Shown: in pieces, positions 24,715-35,656 of the stretch
Numbering within the stretch: position 1 is the first letter of the stretch
Layout: every line of letters starts with the position of its first letter
From: Ranitomeya imitator
Lineage: Eukaryota
Direction: 5' to 3'
DNA: 64,000 nt
NCBI RefSeq assembly: GCF_032444005.1
Contig: NC_091284.1
Coordinates: 665,012,001-665,076,000, forward strand
Notes under the pieces: generated by a model
Database searches by the model: none
Told to the model about the DNA's origin: nothing
Seen by the model: the letters and a program-made list of their open reading frames with translations, nothing else
Made by a program: the position numbers and the translations under genes

Positions 24715-25846
24715 TAAGGCAAAAACGTCTAGTCAAACGATTTATATGCACATCCTCAATGGCCGATTTGAGGAAAGACTATGAATTGCAAAGTATAAAG
24801 TTTAAAAGTAAATCTTTATAACATTTGAAACAATAAAAATATATATGAATCAAGACACCGGAATTAAAAGGAGAACGGGAGCATGGAAACACCGAATTCA
24901 AAAAATGGCGTGCCTATAGAGTACTTAAAAAAAGTGAAAAAAAGACCTTCAATAGAAGAAAATATATATTCAGAAGTAATGCTTCATATCAATTCCTACA
25001 TAAATGAACCATAAAGTGCATAGTGCATGCTGTAAACATTCATAATGAATTGAAAATATATCAAGTGGATAACATTGTGTGCAGAAATGCCGCATGGCTA
25101 AAAAAAAAAAAAGGGTCAGTATATACCTTATGATGGAAATTCTGCCAAGTTCATGTTAGCACAGAATTGAGTAAATAGTGACGGTAAAAAGAGAATAGAG
25201 TACCTAATAAAGTGCTATGTGCGAGGGTTCCAGCTGCCGCCTCCTCTCACCTTGACGGCACCGTTTCGCACAATGGTTCCTCAATGGGGGCGTAGTTAGA
25301 TATGGGCAGAAGTGGTGCCTTAAATACCCGTAGAGAGAACGTGATTGGTTGGAGAGAGGTCATATAGAAGTCATATGTGGGGGAATATCGACACTTCTCC
25401 GCTACTGTTTGTCTGACCCGGAAATAAAGAGGACTTCCAGTCTAGGCGCTGGACCGCATGCATGGAAGGCATGTTTAGTCTATTTCACTGGGCCGGAAGT
25501 CAAGGCGATCTTAGAGCCGAGAAGCGCACACTCATTAATGATGTATATAGGAATATTGCCCGCATACCGTAACGATGTTTAAAATGGGTGTGTATGTATC
25601 AGATAGTGACCAAAATGGGGCAGACATATGATGACACCGAAAAAAGGGGAGGAATATTTAAATAAGGACGCAAAAATGAAGGAATCAGGAGATGAGCGGG
25701 ATGTGTGTGGTGGAAGTGTACTAATCAAAAGGAGTGTAAAAATGAAGTGTGAAATTCAGTTAGCACAACATCTTTCCTGGACAGGTGATGCTGGCTGGCA
25801 GGACGTTCTGTGGAGGTGGAACTAGGGCTGCTTCACTCTCCATGCT

Positions 25847-27529
25847 TGTCACGCTCACGCCCTGTCTGGTGGGTGTGAGCTCGGGGGGTTTGTGGCCCCA
25901 CTGTGCCACAAACCAGACTACCCTGGAAGGGGCGTGACTATGACAGCTGCCTGGGTTTTCACTGGAGCCTCTGATGGTGAGGACAGGCTTGTGCAGCAGG
26001 CAGCTGCCAGGTGCTACTCCAGGGTGGTGTCTGGCTGTGGCTGCTGATCCCACTTGGGAGACAGGAACACCTGGATTGGTGCGGGCATTAGGCAGGACTG
26101 GCAGAAGAGCACGGCTGGAACACAGACGAGTAGGCTGGCACGGCTGAGACAGGGCTGGCAGAGACATGGCAGAGAACTCAGGGCTGGCAGAGACACGGCA
26201 GGAAACAGGACTGGAAGGCAGGGCAGGAACGGCAGGACTGGCAGGAACACAGGATTGGGAGGTACTGCAGAGAACACAGGACTGGAAGGCAGGGCAGGAA
26301 CGGCAGGACTGGTTGATGTGGTGTATGAATCAGGCTGCACTCAGAAGACACCCGAGTGCAGTCCTATTGTGAGTGTGATGAAGGAACAGGTAGGGACCTG
26401 TACACACAGAAGATGCAGGTACGGAAACAAGCCAGAAGGGAAGGAGAATGAAGGAACAGGTAGGGACCTGTTCACACAGGAGGTGCAGGAAAGGAAACAA
26501 GCAGAAAGGAATGAGGTATGAAGAAACAGGTAGGGACCTGTTCTCACAGGAGGACCAAGTAACAAGTAGAAGGTGGAACTAAGAGAAGAGAAGGAGAAGG
26601 CAGAGCCAAGGGCGGAGGCGCTGGAGGCGGAGCCAAGGGCGGAGGCGCTGGAGGCGGAGCCAAGGGCGGAGGCGCTGGAGGCGGAGCCAAGGGCAGAGGC
26701 GCTGGAGGCGGAGCCAAGGGCGGAGGCGCTGGAGGCGGAGCCAAGGGCGGAGGCGCTGGAGGCGGAGCCAAGGGCGGAGGCGCTGGAGGCGGAGGCGCTG
26801 GAGGCGGAGCCAAGGGCGGAGGCGCTGGAGGCGGAGCCAAGGGCGGAGGCGCTGGAGGCGGAGCCAAGGGCGGAGGCGCTGGAGGCGGAGCCAAGGGCGG
26901 AGGCGGAGCCAAGGGCAGAAACACAGGAGGCGGAGCCAGATAGAACCGCAAAGAGCGGAGCCACAGAGCAAAGCCAGAGAGTGCGAAGCAAGGTCTGAGT
27001 GCGGAGTGAAAGCAGACAGAAAACACAAGGAAAGAAAGCAGGGAAGGAAGCCACAGACAAGGAGACCGAGAAAAGACAAAGTACAGACAAGGCAATAGAA
27101 CAAGACACAGGGACAAAGACACAGGGACCAGGATATTCTGCCTCCTGGAGGGCGGACTACAAGAACAAGGCAATAGCACAGAGAAAAGCTCAGAGGGAGA
27201 AACTCGGAGCAAGGCCAGGCAAACTCAGCAGCTAAACACTAACTGAGCTAACACATTGCACAGGCCCAGACCACAGGGTGGAGCTGCACTATATACAGGA
27301 GGCCTCTTGGTAATTGGTCAGGAACTGATTGGACAGATGCACCTGATTCCTATAAGAACCAGAGAGTTCAGGCGCCGGCCCCCTATACACATAGCCATGA
27401 GGCATGCAGAGAGCAGAGACATAGAACATGGAGCTGGCATTAAAGAGAAAGCACATCATGGCCTGGAGCAGTGGGTAAGATTGTGTGAGAGATGTGAGGC
27501 CATGCTGTGATGCCAGCAGAGTTGTTACA
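25847..27529 (-). mobile_element. Solo LTR of an LTR retrotransposon, expanded by internal tandem repeats
   Basis: TGT...ACA termini; perfect 5-bp TSD ATGCT (25842-25846 and 27530-27534); CCAAT and TATATA motifs on the minus strand near 27290-27335; no internal coding region. Confidence 0.8.
26600..26940. repeat. 27-bp G-rich minisatellite (GCGGAGCCAAGGGCGGAGGCGCTGGAG) inside the solo LTR
   Basis: About 11 units including shortened variants. Confidence 0.9.
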
Positions 27530-27561
27530 ATGCTTCTCATACTATATGTAGGTTTTCTTTA

Positions 27562-28285
27562 AGGTACCGTCACACATAGCGACGCTGCAGCGATACCGAC
27601 AACGATCCGGATCGCTGCAGCGTCGCTGTTTGGTCGCTGGAGAGCTGTCACACAGACAGCTCTCCAGCGACCAACGATCCCGAGGTCCCCGGTAACCAGG
27701 GTAAACATCGGGTAACTAAGCGCAGGGCCGCGCTTAGTAACCCGATGTTTACCCTGGTTACCATCCTAAAAAGTAAAAAAACAAACGCTACATACTTACC
27801 TTCCGCTGTCTGTCCTCGGCGCTCTGCTTCTCTGGTCTGGCTGTGAGCGCCGGGCAGCCAGAAAGCAGAGCGGTGACGTCACCGCTCTGCTTTCCGGCTG
27901 ACCGACGCTCACAGCCAGAGCAGGAGGAGAGCAGAGCACAGCGCTGGAGGACAGACAGCGGTAGCTAAGTATGTAGTGTTTGTTTTTTTACTTTTAGGAT
28001 GGTAACCAGGGTAAACATCGGGTTACTAAGCGCGGCCCTGCGCTTAGTTACCCGATGTTTACCCTGGTTACCAGCAAAGACATCGCTGAATCGGTGTCAC
28101 ACACGCCGATTCAGCGATGTCTACGGGGAGTCCAGCGACGAAATAAAGTTCTGGACTTTCTTCCCCGACCAGCGACAGCACAGCAGGGGCCTGATCGCTG
28201 CTGCCTGTCACACTGGACGATATCGCTAGCGAGGACGCTGCAACGTCACGGATCGCTAGAGATATCGTCTAGTGTGACAGTACCT
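27562..28285. mobile_element. AGGTACC-family MITE, copy 3
   Basis: AGGTACCGTCACAC / GTGTGACAGTACCT; TTA TSD. Confidence 0.88.
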
Positions 28286-28441
28286 TTACTGTCACACTGC
28301 GGTTTGCTGTGTGTGTGTGTGTGTGTGTGAGTGGTAAGGGTACATTGCCACGAGCAGGAAAGAGCAGCGCTTTGGACGCATTCTAAGCAAGCAGGGAAAT
28401 CCGCATGTGTTCACTGAACTATGCGGATTTACTGCATCCAA

Positions 28442-29301
28442 TCTATATATATAAAGCTGGGTGTGTGTGTGTACAATACAGGCCAAAAGTTTGGACACAC
28501 CTTCTCATTTAAAGATTTTTCTGTATTTTCATGACTATGAAAATTGTAAATTCACACTGAAGGCATCAAAGCTATGAATTAACACATGTGGAATTATATA
28601 CTTAACAAAAAAGTGTTGAACAACTGAAATTGTCTTATATTCTAGGTTCTTCAAAGTAGCCACCTTTTGCTGTGATCACTGCTTTGCACACTCTTGGCAT
28701 TCTCTTGATGAGCTTCAATAGGTAGTCACCAGGAATGGTCTTCACTTCACAGGTGTGCCCTGTCATGTTTTAATAAGTGGGATGTATCAAGCCATGCCCA
28801 CTCCGCATAGCCACGCTCACTCCACACGCAAAGCCCCGTCCACACTGCTCACGTTGTTAGTGCACACGGGCGGAGACACATTTACCTTGAAAGCCACCCT
28901 GCAGAACTCACCGGCTGGGCCGCCGCCTTCAGAGTATCAGTGCGCGGCAGGCACAGGCCACATCTAGCTCCCTCATGTCTAGAATGGAGTGGCTCCTGTG
29001 AGGCATGACGTCAAGGGAAAGGGAGGAGCCACATGGATTACACCGCTGTGCATAACAGGAAGTTGCTGTGTACGTGTGAGGGGAAAATGAGAGGAGTGAG
29101 GGGAAATTGAGAGGAGTGAGGTGTTGCTGCAGTATGAGTTGAAAATAAAATGCTATCAATACTTGGGCAATTTGGTTAATTTGTGTTGCAAATCTGTAGT
29201 GTTGAATATATGATGTGAAATGTTTTTATGTGCCATATCATCATTATAATTTGTTATAACTAACCACAGTTAGTTACTGTGCCCAGGCAAGGCCGGGCTA
29301 G
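28442..29301 (+). mobile_element. Non-autonomous Helitron-like element containing a Tc1 left-end fragment (28474 to ~28780)
   Basis: A|TCTATATATATAAAG start; imperfect GC hairpin followed by CTAG|T; no TSD. The flanks rejoin into the MITE seen intact at 3105-3441. Confidence 0.7.
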
Positions 29302-30252
29302 TACATTCTATTGTTGAAAGTTCTAGCGTCCAGCTGCGGTTTTGAAAGACGCACCGCATGTCAGGCTCCGCAGGTGATCCGTAGGCATCTGTGGACACAT
29401 AGTGGTGGGATTTCTAGAAACCCCATCCTCTATGCCGTAACATCTAGAAGCTGCGTTTTTGATACTGCATAAATATTCAGCGTCAAAGCCGTAGTAATTC
29501 CTGATCTTGGGCACATACCTTAAGGCGTTTTCAAACTTAGAGCAGCTGCACAGTGACTCCGTGTGTGGCGTAGTGGTGAAAAGGGGACTTTTGAATATCT
29601 TCCTGTAAATCATTGTCATGGGGTGGGGCGTAATATTTGTGGCAGACTATTCCATGTGCAGGATCCATTTTGTTGGACTAGAGACAGCATTGGATGAAGT
29701 AAGTAATGAAAAATGTAACTAACCCTTTCCTGTCATGTTTAGAATGTGTTCTTGTGATGGGTATATGCTTTGTTTGACTTGTGTGCATGATGTATTCGCG
29801 TGCGTGCGTAACATGTGCACGTGGTTTGTGACTTGCATGATGTGTGTGCAGCGCTGTGATCAAGGATTTCATCCTAACCAAAACTGTGGCCCTCTGAATG
29901 AGGCCGTACATGCCGTTCTTGCACGTATTGGCCTCTCGGTGACTTTGCTCTGCTCTGATGCTAAGTACTTGTCTAGACAGTTCCCAGAGGGTTTGATGCA
30001 GCTGTGTTTCCTCTGCTCTATTGAGCAGCAGCATAATATACAGTTACAGGAAAATGTGTTAACGGATTGTTGAATTACAGCAATGCAATAATGTACTAAA
30101 ATAGACGTGTCATAAAAGTGGGCAAATTCTCTTGTCATTTGTAACCCAGACCTATCTGGTAAGGCTGAAGATTTTTAATGCTGATTTTTAGCTATTTGAC
30201 ACTCTCATCTTTGTTCAGTGCTTGATCCTATGATATATTTTTTTAATCCTAG

Positions 30253-30370
30253 GGATACTATCGGTGATCAAAATTTTGTTGCATTATGTGAGAAACTAAA
30301 AGTATCTTCCCATGTGAGATTGCTGGCCTGGCAGACGTACAAGAGGATGTTCTCTACAGATGGGACATTG
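30253..30370 (+). CDS. RB1: RB1 exon 2 (DTIGDQNFVALCEKLKVSSHVRLLAWQTYKRMFSTDGTL)
   Basis: Acceptor TTTTAATCCTAG| and donor TTG|GTAAGT; 118 nt, phase 2 to 0. Aligns by eye to human exon 2 ([33 protein letters not shown]). Confidence 0.93.
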
Positions 30371-30982
30371 GTAAGTGTCAAATAATTTAGAAATCTAAAG
30401 CTTATACAATCTCTAAACAAGGTCTGAACTTTATCATCCACATTAATGTACAAAACTTATATTACTGTATATGGCTAGGGTCGCACAGAGGTCACTGTAG
30501 GGAAATTAGTGTACGGTATATTGATTAATTATTGTTTGACCCATTAGTGCAAAACTTCCTAATCATTAAAAATAAGTCTCAATGTACAGTTGTGTAATCT
30601 CTTTGATACCGGCTGCAACTGATAGTACTCGGGCACGTGTCTGTGCAAATCTGTCCAATCATGGGCAGTTAATGCCTGGACTGGCCGCGGCTCTCCTGAC
30701 CTGAGCGTGACCAGCTCATAGACATATATGAAGTGATTATGCTCGGTTGTGAGAGCCACGGCCAGTCCTTATTGCAAAATCCCAAATCAACAAAATCCCT
30801 GCAGTCGTAAACCAGTCTCAAACGCTTGGCTTTGGTATGAGATGCCTAACCAGTTGGATGGTGTGGTGTCCACATACTTTTGGCCCTCTTGTGTAGTGAC
30901 ACATAACTGATATTAGTTAGTTAGACTGTAGATCTTGTTTTGCTCTTTGTAGTTTTGTAACCAAAAGCATTTCTCTCTATAA

Positions 30983-31768
30983 AGGTACCTTCACACATAA
31001 CGATTTCGTTAACGATATCGTTGCTTTTTGTGACGTAGCAACGATATCGTTAATGAAATCGTTATGTGTGACAGCGACCAACGATCAGGCCCCTGCTGGG
31101 AGATCGTTGGTCGCTGGGAATGATCAGGACCTTTTTTTGGTCGCTGATCACCCGCTGTCATCGCTGAATCGGCGTGTGAGACGCCGATCCAGCGATGTGT
31201 TCACTGGTAACGCAGGGCCGCGCTTAGTAACCCGATATTTACCCTGGTTACCATTGTAAAAGTTAAAAAAACAAAAAAAACAAAACAGTACATACTCACA
31301 TTCCAATGTCTGTCACGTCCCCCGGCATCAGCTTCCCACACTGACTGTGTCAGCGTCGGCCGGCCGTAAAGCAGAGCACAGCGGTGACGTCACCGCTCTG
31401 CTTTACGGCCGGCGCTTACACCGTGCAGGGAAGCTGATGGCGGAGGACGTGACAGACATCGGAATGTGAGTATGTACTGTTTTTTTTTTTTTTTTTTTTT
31501 ACTTTTACAATGGTAACCAGGGTAAATATCGGGTCACTAAGCGCGGCTCTGCACTTAGTAACCTGATGTTTACCCTGGTTACCCGGGGACTTTGGCATCG
31601 TTGAAGACAGTTTCAACGATGCCGAAGTTTTTCCCCTGATCGTTGGTCGCTGGAGAGAGCTGTCTGTGTGACAGCTCCCCAGCGACCACACAACGACTTA
31701 CCAACGATCACGGCCAGGTCGTATCGCTGGTCGTGATCGTTGGTAAATCGTTTAGTGTAACGGTACCT
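30983..31768. mobile_element. AGGTACC-family MITE, copy 4 (inverted relative to copies 1, 2, 3 and 5)
   Basis: AGGTACCTTCACAC / GTGTAACGGTACCT; TAA TSD; its left arm is the reverse complement of the right arm of copy 5. Confidence 0.85.
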
Positions 31769-32029
31769 TAAGTGTACATCACCCACTGGCTCATTGTAAA
31801 AACAAACAAATGAATACTTGTCTTTTGTTCATCGAGCTCTGATGTGCAATTGTATTGGAAAATCTTTACTAACGTAAGTTGTGTAATTCATTGAGAGCAA
31901 AACACCCTATAAAAATGTGGAAGCCAAAATAATCCCCCCAACTCAGGGTAATGTTGGCTATTACATGGTGATCATGCTACCCTTCAAGGTTATGCTTCTC
32001 TAGGCCATCCCTGACCCACTGTCAGAGCG

Positions 32030-32430
32030 GTCATGCTGGGTGATGTTGCAGGTAGCATAATGCCCACCATATAGTCTCCAGACTTACACATCCGTCACAT
32101 GCTCAGTGTGAGCCTCCCCTCGTCTGTGAAGAAACTGGGGTGCCAGTTGAGGACCTGCCAATTCTGGTATTCTCTAATGAATGCTTGTTGACCTGGGCTA
32201 ACACACAAAGGGGTGGATACCAGTCCTGCTCCTGGGGTAATGCCCTTCTACAGCCCTGTCCGCCTCTTCCCTTGTAACTGCCCGTATCCTGGTAACTGCT
32301 CCGTAGTCTTCGGATAGTGTTGGGAGACTCCATAAACCTTCTTGTTACAGCACCAGTAGATGTGCCATCCTGGGGGAGCTGGACTGCCAGTGCAACCTGA
32401 ATGAGCTGCAGGTACCACCCCATGCTACCA
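32030..32430 (-). pseudogene. Decayed Tc1-like transposase N-terminal fragment
   Basis: VQLPQDGTSTGAVTRRFMESPNTIRR...YQDTGSYKGRGGQGCRRAL resembles the Tc1 paired-like HTH and G.GR.R linker. Confidence 0.55.
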
Positions 32431-35400
32431 GTATTGACAAGGACACGAGATAGGAATCAGTCGGGAAGGATACGGAGCGAGTAGTGGTGCGTTTATACAG
32501 ACTGGCGGCACTGTATGATGGCTGATGGGAAGCCCTTATAGGTTGGTGGCGGGTGATGGCTTGCTTACACAGGCAGGCCGCTGTGAACAATGTTCACTAG
32601 ACAATCAGTAGTACATCACTTATTGCACTCAGGCTGCCATTGTTTTCTTCACTGTGATTCTGGTTTACACAGGACAACGCAGCACCGAGAACGAAGATCT
32701 TTTGTTTGTTTTTTCATTTGAAAATCGGCAGCCTGTTTAGAGTGAAGTCAATGGTGTCATTCCAAACTCTGGTTCATCCTGCAAAGCAAAACAAGCCCCC
32801 ATACGCCTGTATTAACTGACAAAAATGTTATGGCTTTTGGAAGAAGGGGAGGAAAAAACCTGAAAAATGTCCGTTCATGAAGGGGCTAATTAACTAGGAG
32901 TTGTACTGTGATGCTTGGGGTTCAGACCAACACATTTTTGGTCTGTGTTCTGTCCCCACAGGGACCCAGTGTTGTCCTGTGTGATGGGGCACATGGGTGG
33001 TTTTTCTTCATGGACCTCAGGTGACCGCATGGTGGTATTTATGTAGATGGAGGCTGCTCTGACATCTGTCCACTTGGTGGGTGACCACACTGAGCTAGTC
33101 ACATCGGCAATTTTCGGACACGACTGGCCGACTTTTCAGTTTGGCCATCCGAACCCTGCCTTAATTGGTTCCTTAATATTTTTTTTTTGTAATAGCCCAT
33201 GATTTCTTCTGATTACATTTCTCTTTCAATTAAATGTCCTTGGCTTCAGTTTTCTATAATAAAGCTGCATGCGCCATACTGGACTTCACCAATGAGTTTC
33301 CACCAGTGTTCCCAGTGTCTGGCAGCGGCGCTGGCATCACCCTGACAGCATGACAGCCAGTCCATGAGCTCATCGGCCTAACAGAGACTTTCCGCATGTG
33401 CACTGACGACGTGAAAATAGTGAGTTGTGACCAGAGTGTTCATTAGAGAGCAGTGTTGCTCACATACTCTTTTTTTTTTTTTTTTTTTTTTATCAGATAG
33501 ATTTTTATTATCCGCAAAGAATAAACAATCAGAATATTTCTCATGACAATGTTTCATTAAACATTTACAGATAACTTTTTCTCCCCGACCCAGAGCCCCC
33601 CCACCCCGCCCAACCCCAGAGACCTCAGCCAGAGCCACCCATCATCATACAAACATTTGCATAAACATCCGTTATATTTCCATTGAATACTAGGCTCCCT
33701 ATATTCTCATTTATCATCCTAATTCAAGTCCATCCACGGTTGCCACAGCTTGTGGAAGATGTCCAGCTTATTCCTTTTGGTGTAGATACTTTTCTCCAAA
33801 GTACTGGTAAGTATATGCTCCGTTTGCTTAAGAAAGTCTCTTCTTGTTGGAGGTTCCTCTCTAATCCAAAATTTGGCGATCAATTTCCTAGCAATGAATA
33901 ACAATCGTGCAATAGTTATTTTAAACATGTTGTCCGTAACAATTTCCTCCACATATCCCTATATGCAAGTCAGTGGAACCCTAGGGACAGAACATCCATA
34001 CACCAGTTTAATACGATTTAAAACAACTATCCAGAAGGAGGACAGTCTAGGGCACTGCCACATCATATGCAATATCCCCGCCTGGGATTGTGAGCACCGA
34101 GGGCAGTCCGAGTTCTGCCTAAGCCCAGCCTTGAACAACCTGTCAGGGGTTCTATAGGCCCTATGGATTACGAATAACTGTGATAGCCTGCCTGGTTCAC
34201 TTATTGATATCTTGGGCACATATTCAAGGACCGACTCCCATCTATCATTGTCAATTATTCCCAATTCAGCTTCCCATTTCCCTTTGGCTCGGATGGGATA
34301 TTTTTCCAGGAAAGAAAAAAGCAGAAACCCATATATTTCTGAAATCGCCCCCTTCGTGCAGCTATTCTTAAGGATATAGTCGAGCATGAGATCAATCTGT
34401 ACCACTATGGCTCCCCGTTTATTCTGTGCCTGATAAGCATGAGAGATACGATTATACTGGAACAATTCAGACCGTGGCAACTGAAATTCTTCCTGCAACT
34501 CCTCAAATGTTTTAAGTCTGCCCTGACTTATCAGCTGCCCCAGCCGTTTAATACCTGCTGCAGACCAAAAGTGAAAACCATCCCTCTGCCTAAATTCCGG
34601 TAGATAAATGTTGTCCCAAATAGGCGAGAATCTGGTGAACCCACTCACTTCCCTAATGAGTTTGACTTTTTCCCATACTCTGTGAATTAATCTGATAGTG
34701 CACCCCTGTGAACCCATTTTTTTGAATTGTCATCCCTCCAAACTGTCACTCAAAACGTCTGCCTGTAGTAAGAACCTCAAGCTATTAGGTATTTGCAGAA
34801 TCCCTGCCTCCTCCCCCCAGCCTTTGAGATGTTGACATTGTGCTGCTTAAGAGGTTCACCCTACCAACCACCGATAAATGTAATTTGTTCCATGCCGCAA
34901 TCTTGGTATGAATTTTCTGCATTAACGGACTTAAATTCAGTTCCTCAAAGGTAGAGGAAGAGCAATCTGAATACCCAAATATTTGAATTTTTGAACAATC
35001 TTTAATTTTGTGGTTATCGCCCTCTCTCCACTGCCCATACTGTTCCCCTCAATCAACAACATACAAGACTTATCCCAGTTTATTGTAAGACCCGAAAACC
35101 GACCAAACTCCTCAATCAAAGCAACCGCATTGCACAGGGACCTTTCAGAATCCTCCAGGAACAACAAAATATCGACAGCATATAATGCAATTTTGTCTTC
35201 CCTCCTACCATAGATGAAACCTCTAACCTCCTTAGCACCTCTTATTTTAGCCGCTAACGGCTCCACGGCCAGAGCGAAGAGCAACGGGGACAGCGGACAC
35301 CCCTGTCTGGTACCCCTAAACAGCGGGAAACTCTCTGACAAATTATTATTAACTCTAATTTTTGCCGTTGCGAACGAGTACAACAACTTAACCCAGGAGA

Positions 35401-35656
35401 TGAATTTTGGACCAAACCCCAGGCGATCCAGTACCGACCACAAGTAACTCCACTCCACACAATCAAAGGCCTTGTGGGCATCTAAAGACACCACAACTTT
35501 TTTTCCGGCATTGTCTGCAGGAATTTGCATATTTAAAAATAGCCTTCTCAAGTTAATTGCTGTGGATTTATTGGGCATAAAGCCAGACTGGTCTGGGTGA
35601 ATCAATTTATCGATCACTTGGGACAGCCTGTTCGCCAGGGCCTTCGCCAAAATCTT

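Noticed and set aside
26341-27212. AEPRAEALE, Pro-rich and Ser/Ala-rich ORFs
   Set aside because: They are translations of a 27-bp array inside a solo LTR, with no domain or splice support.
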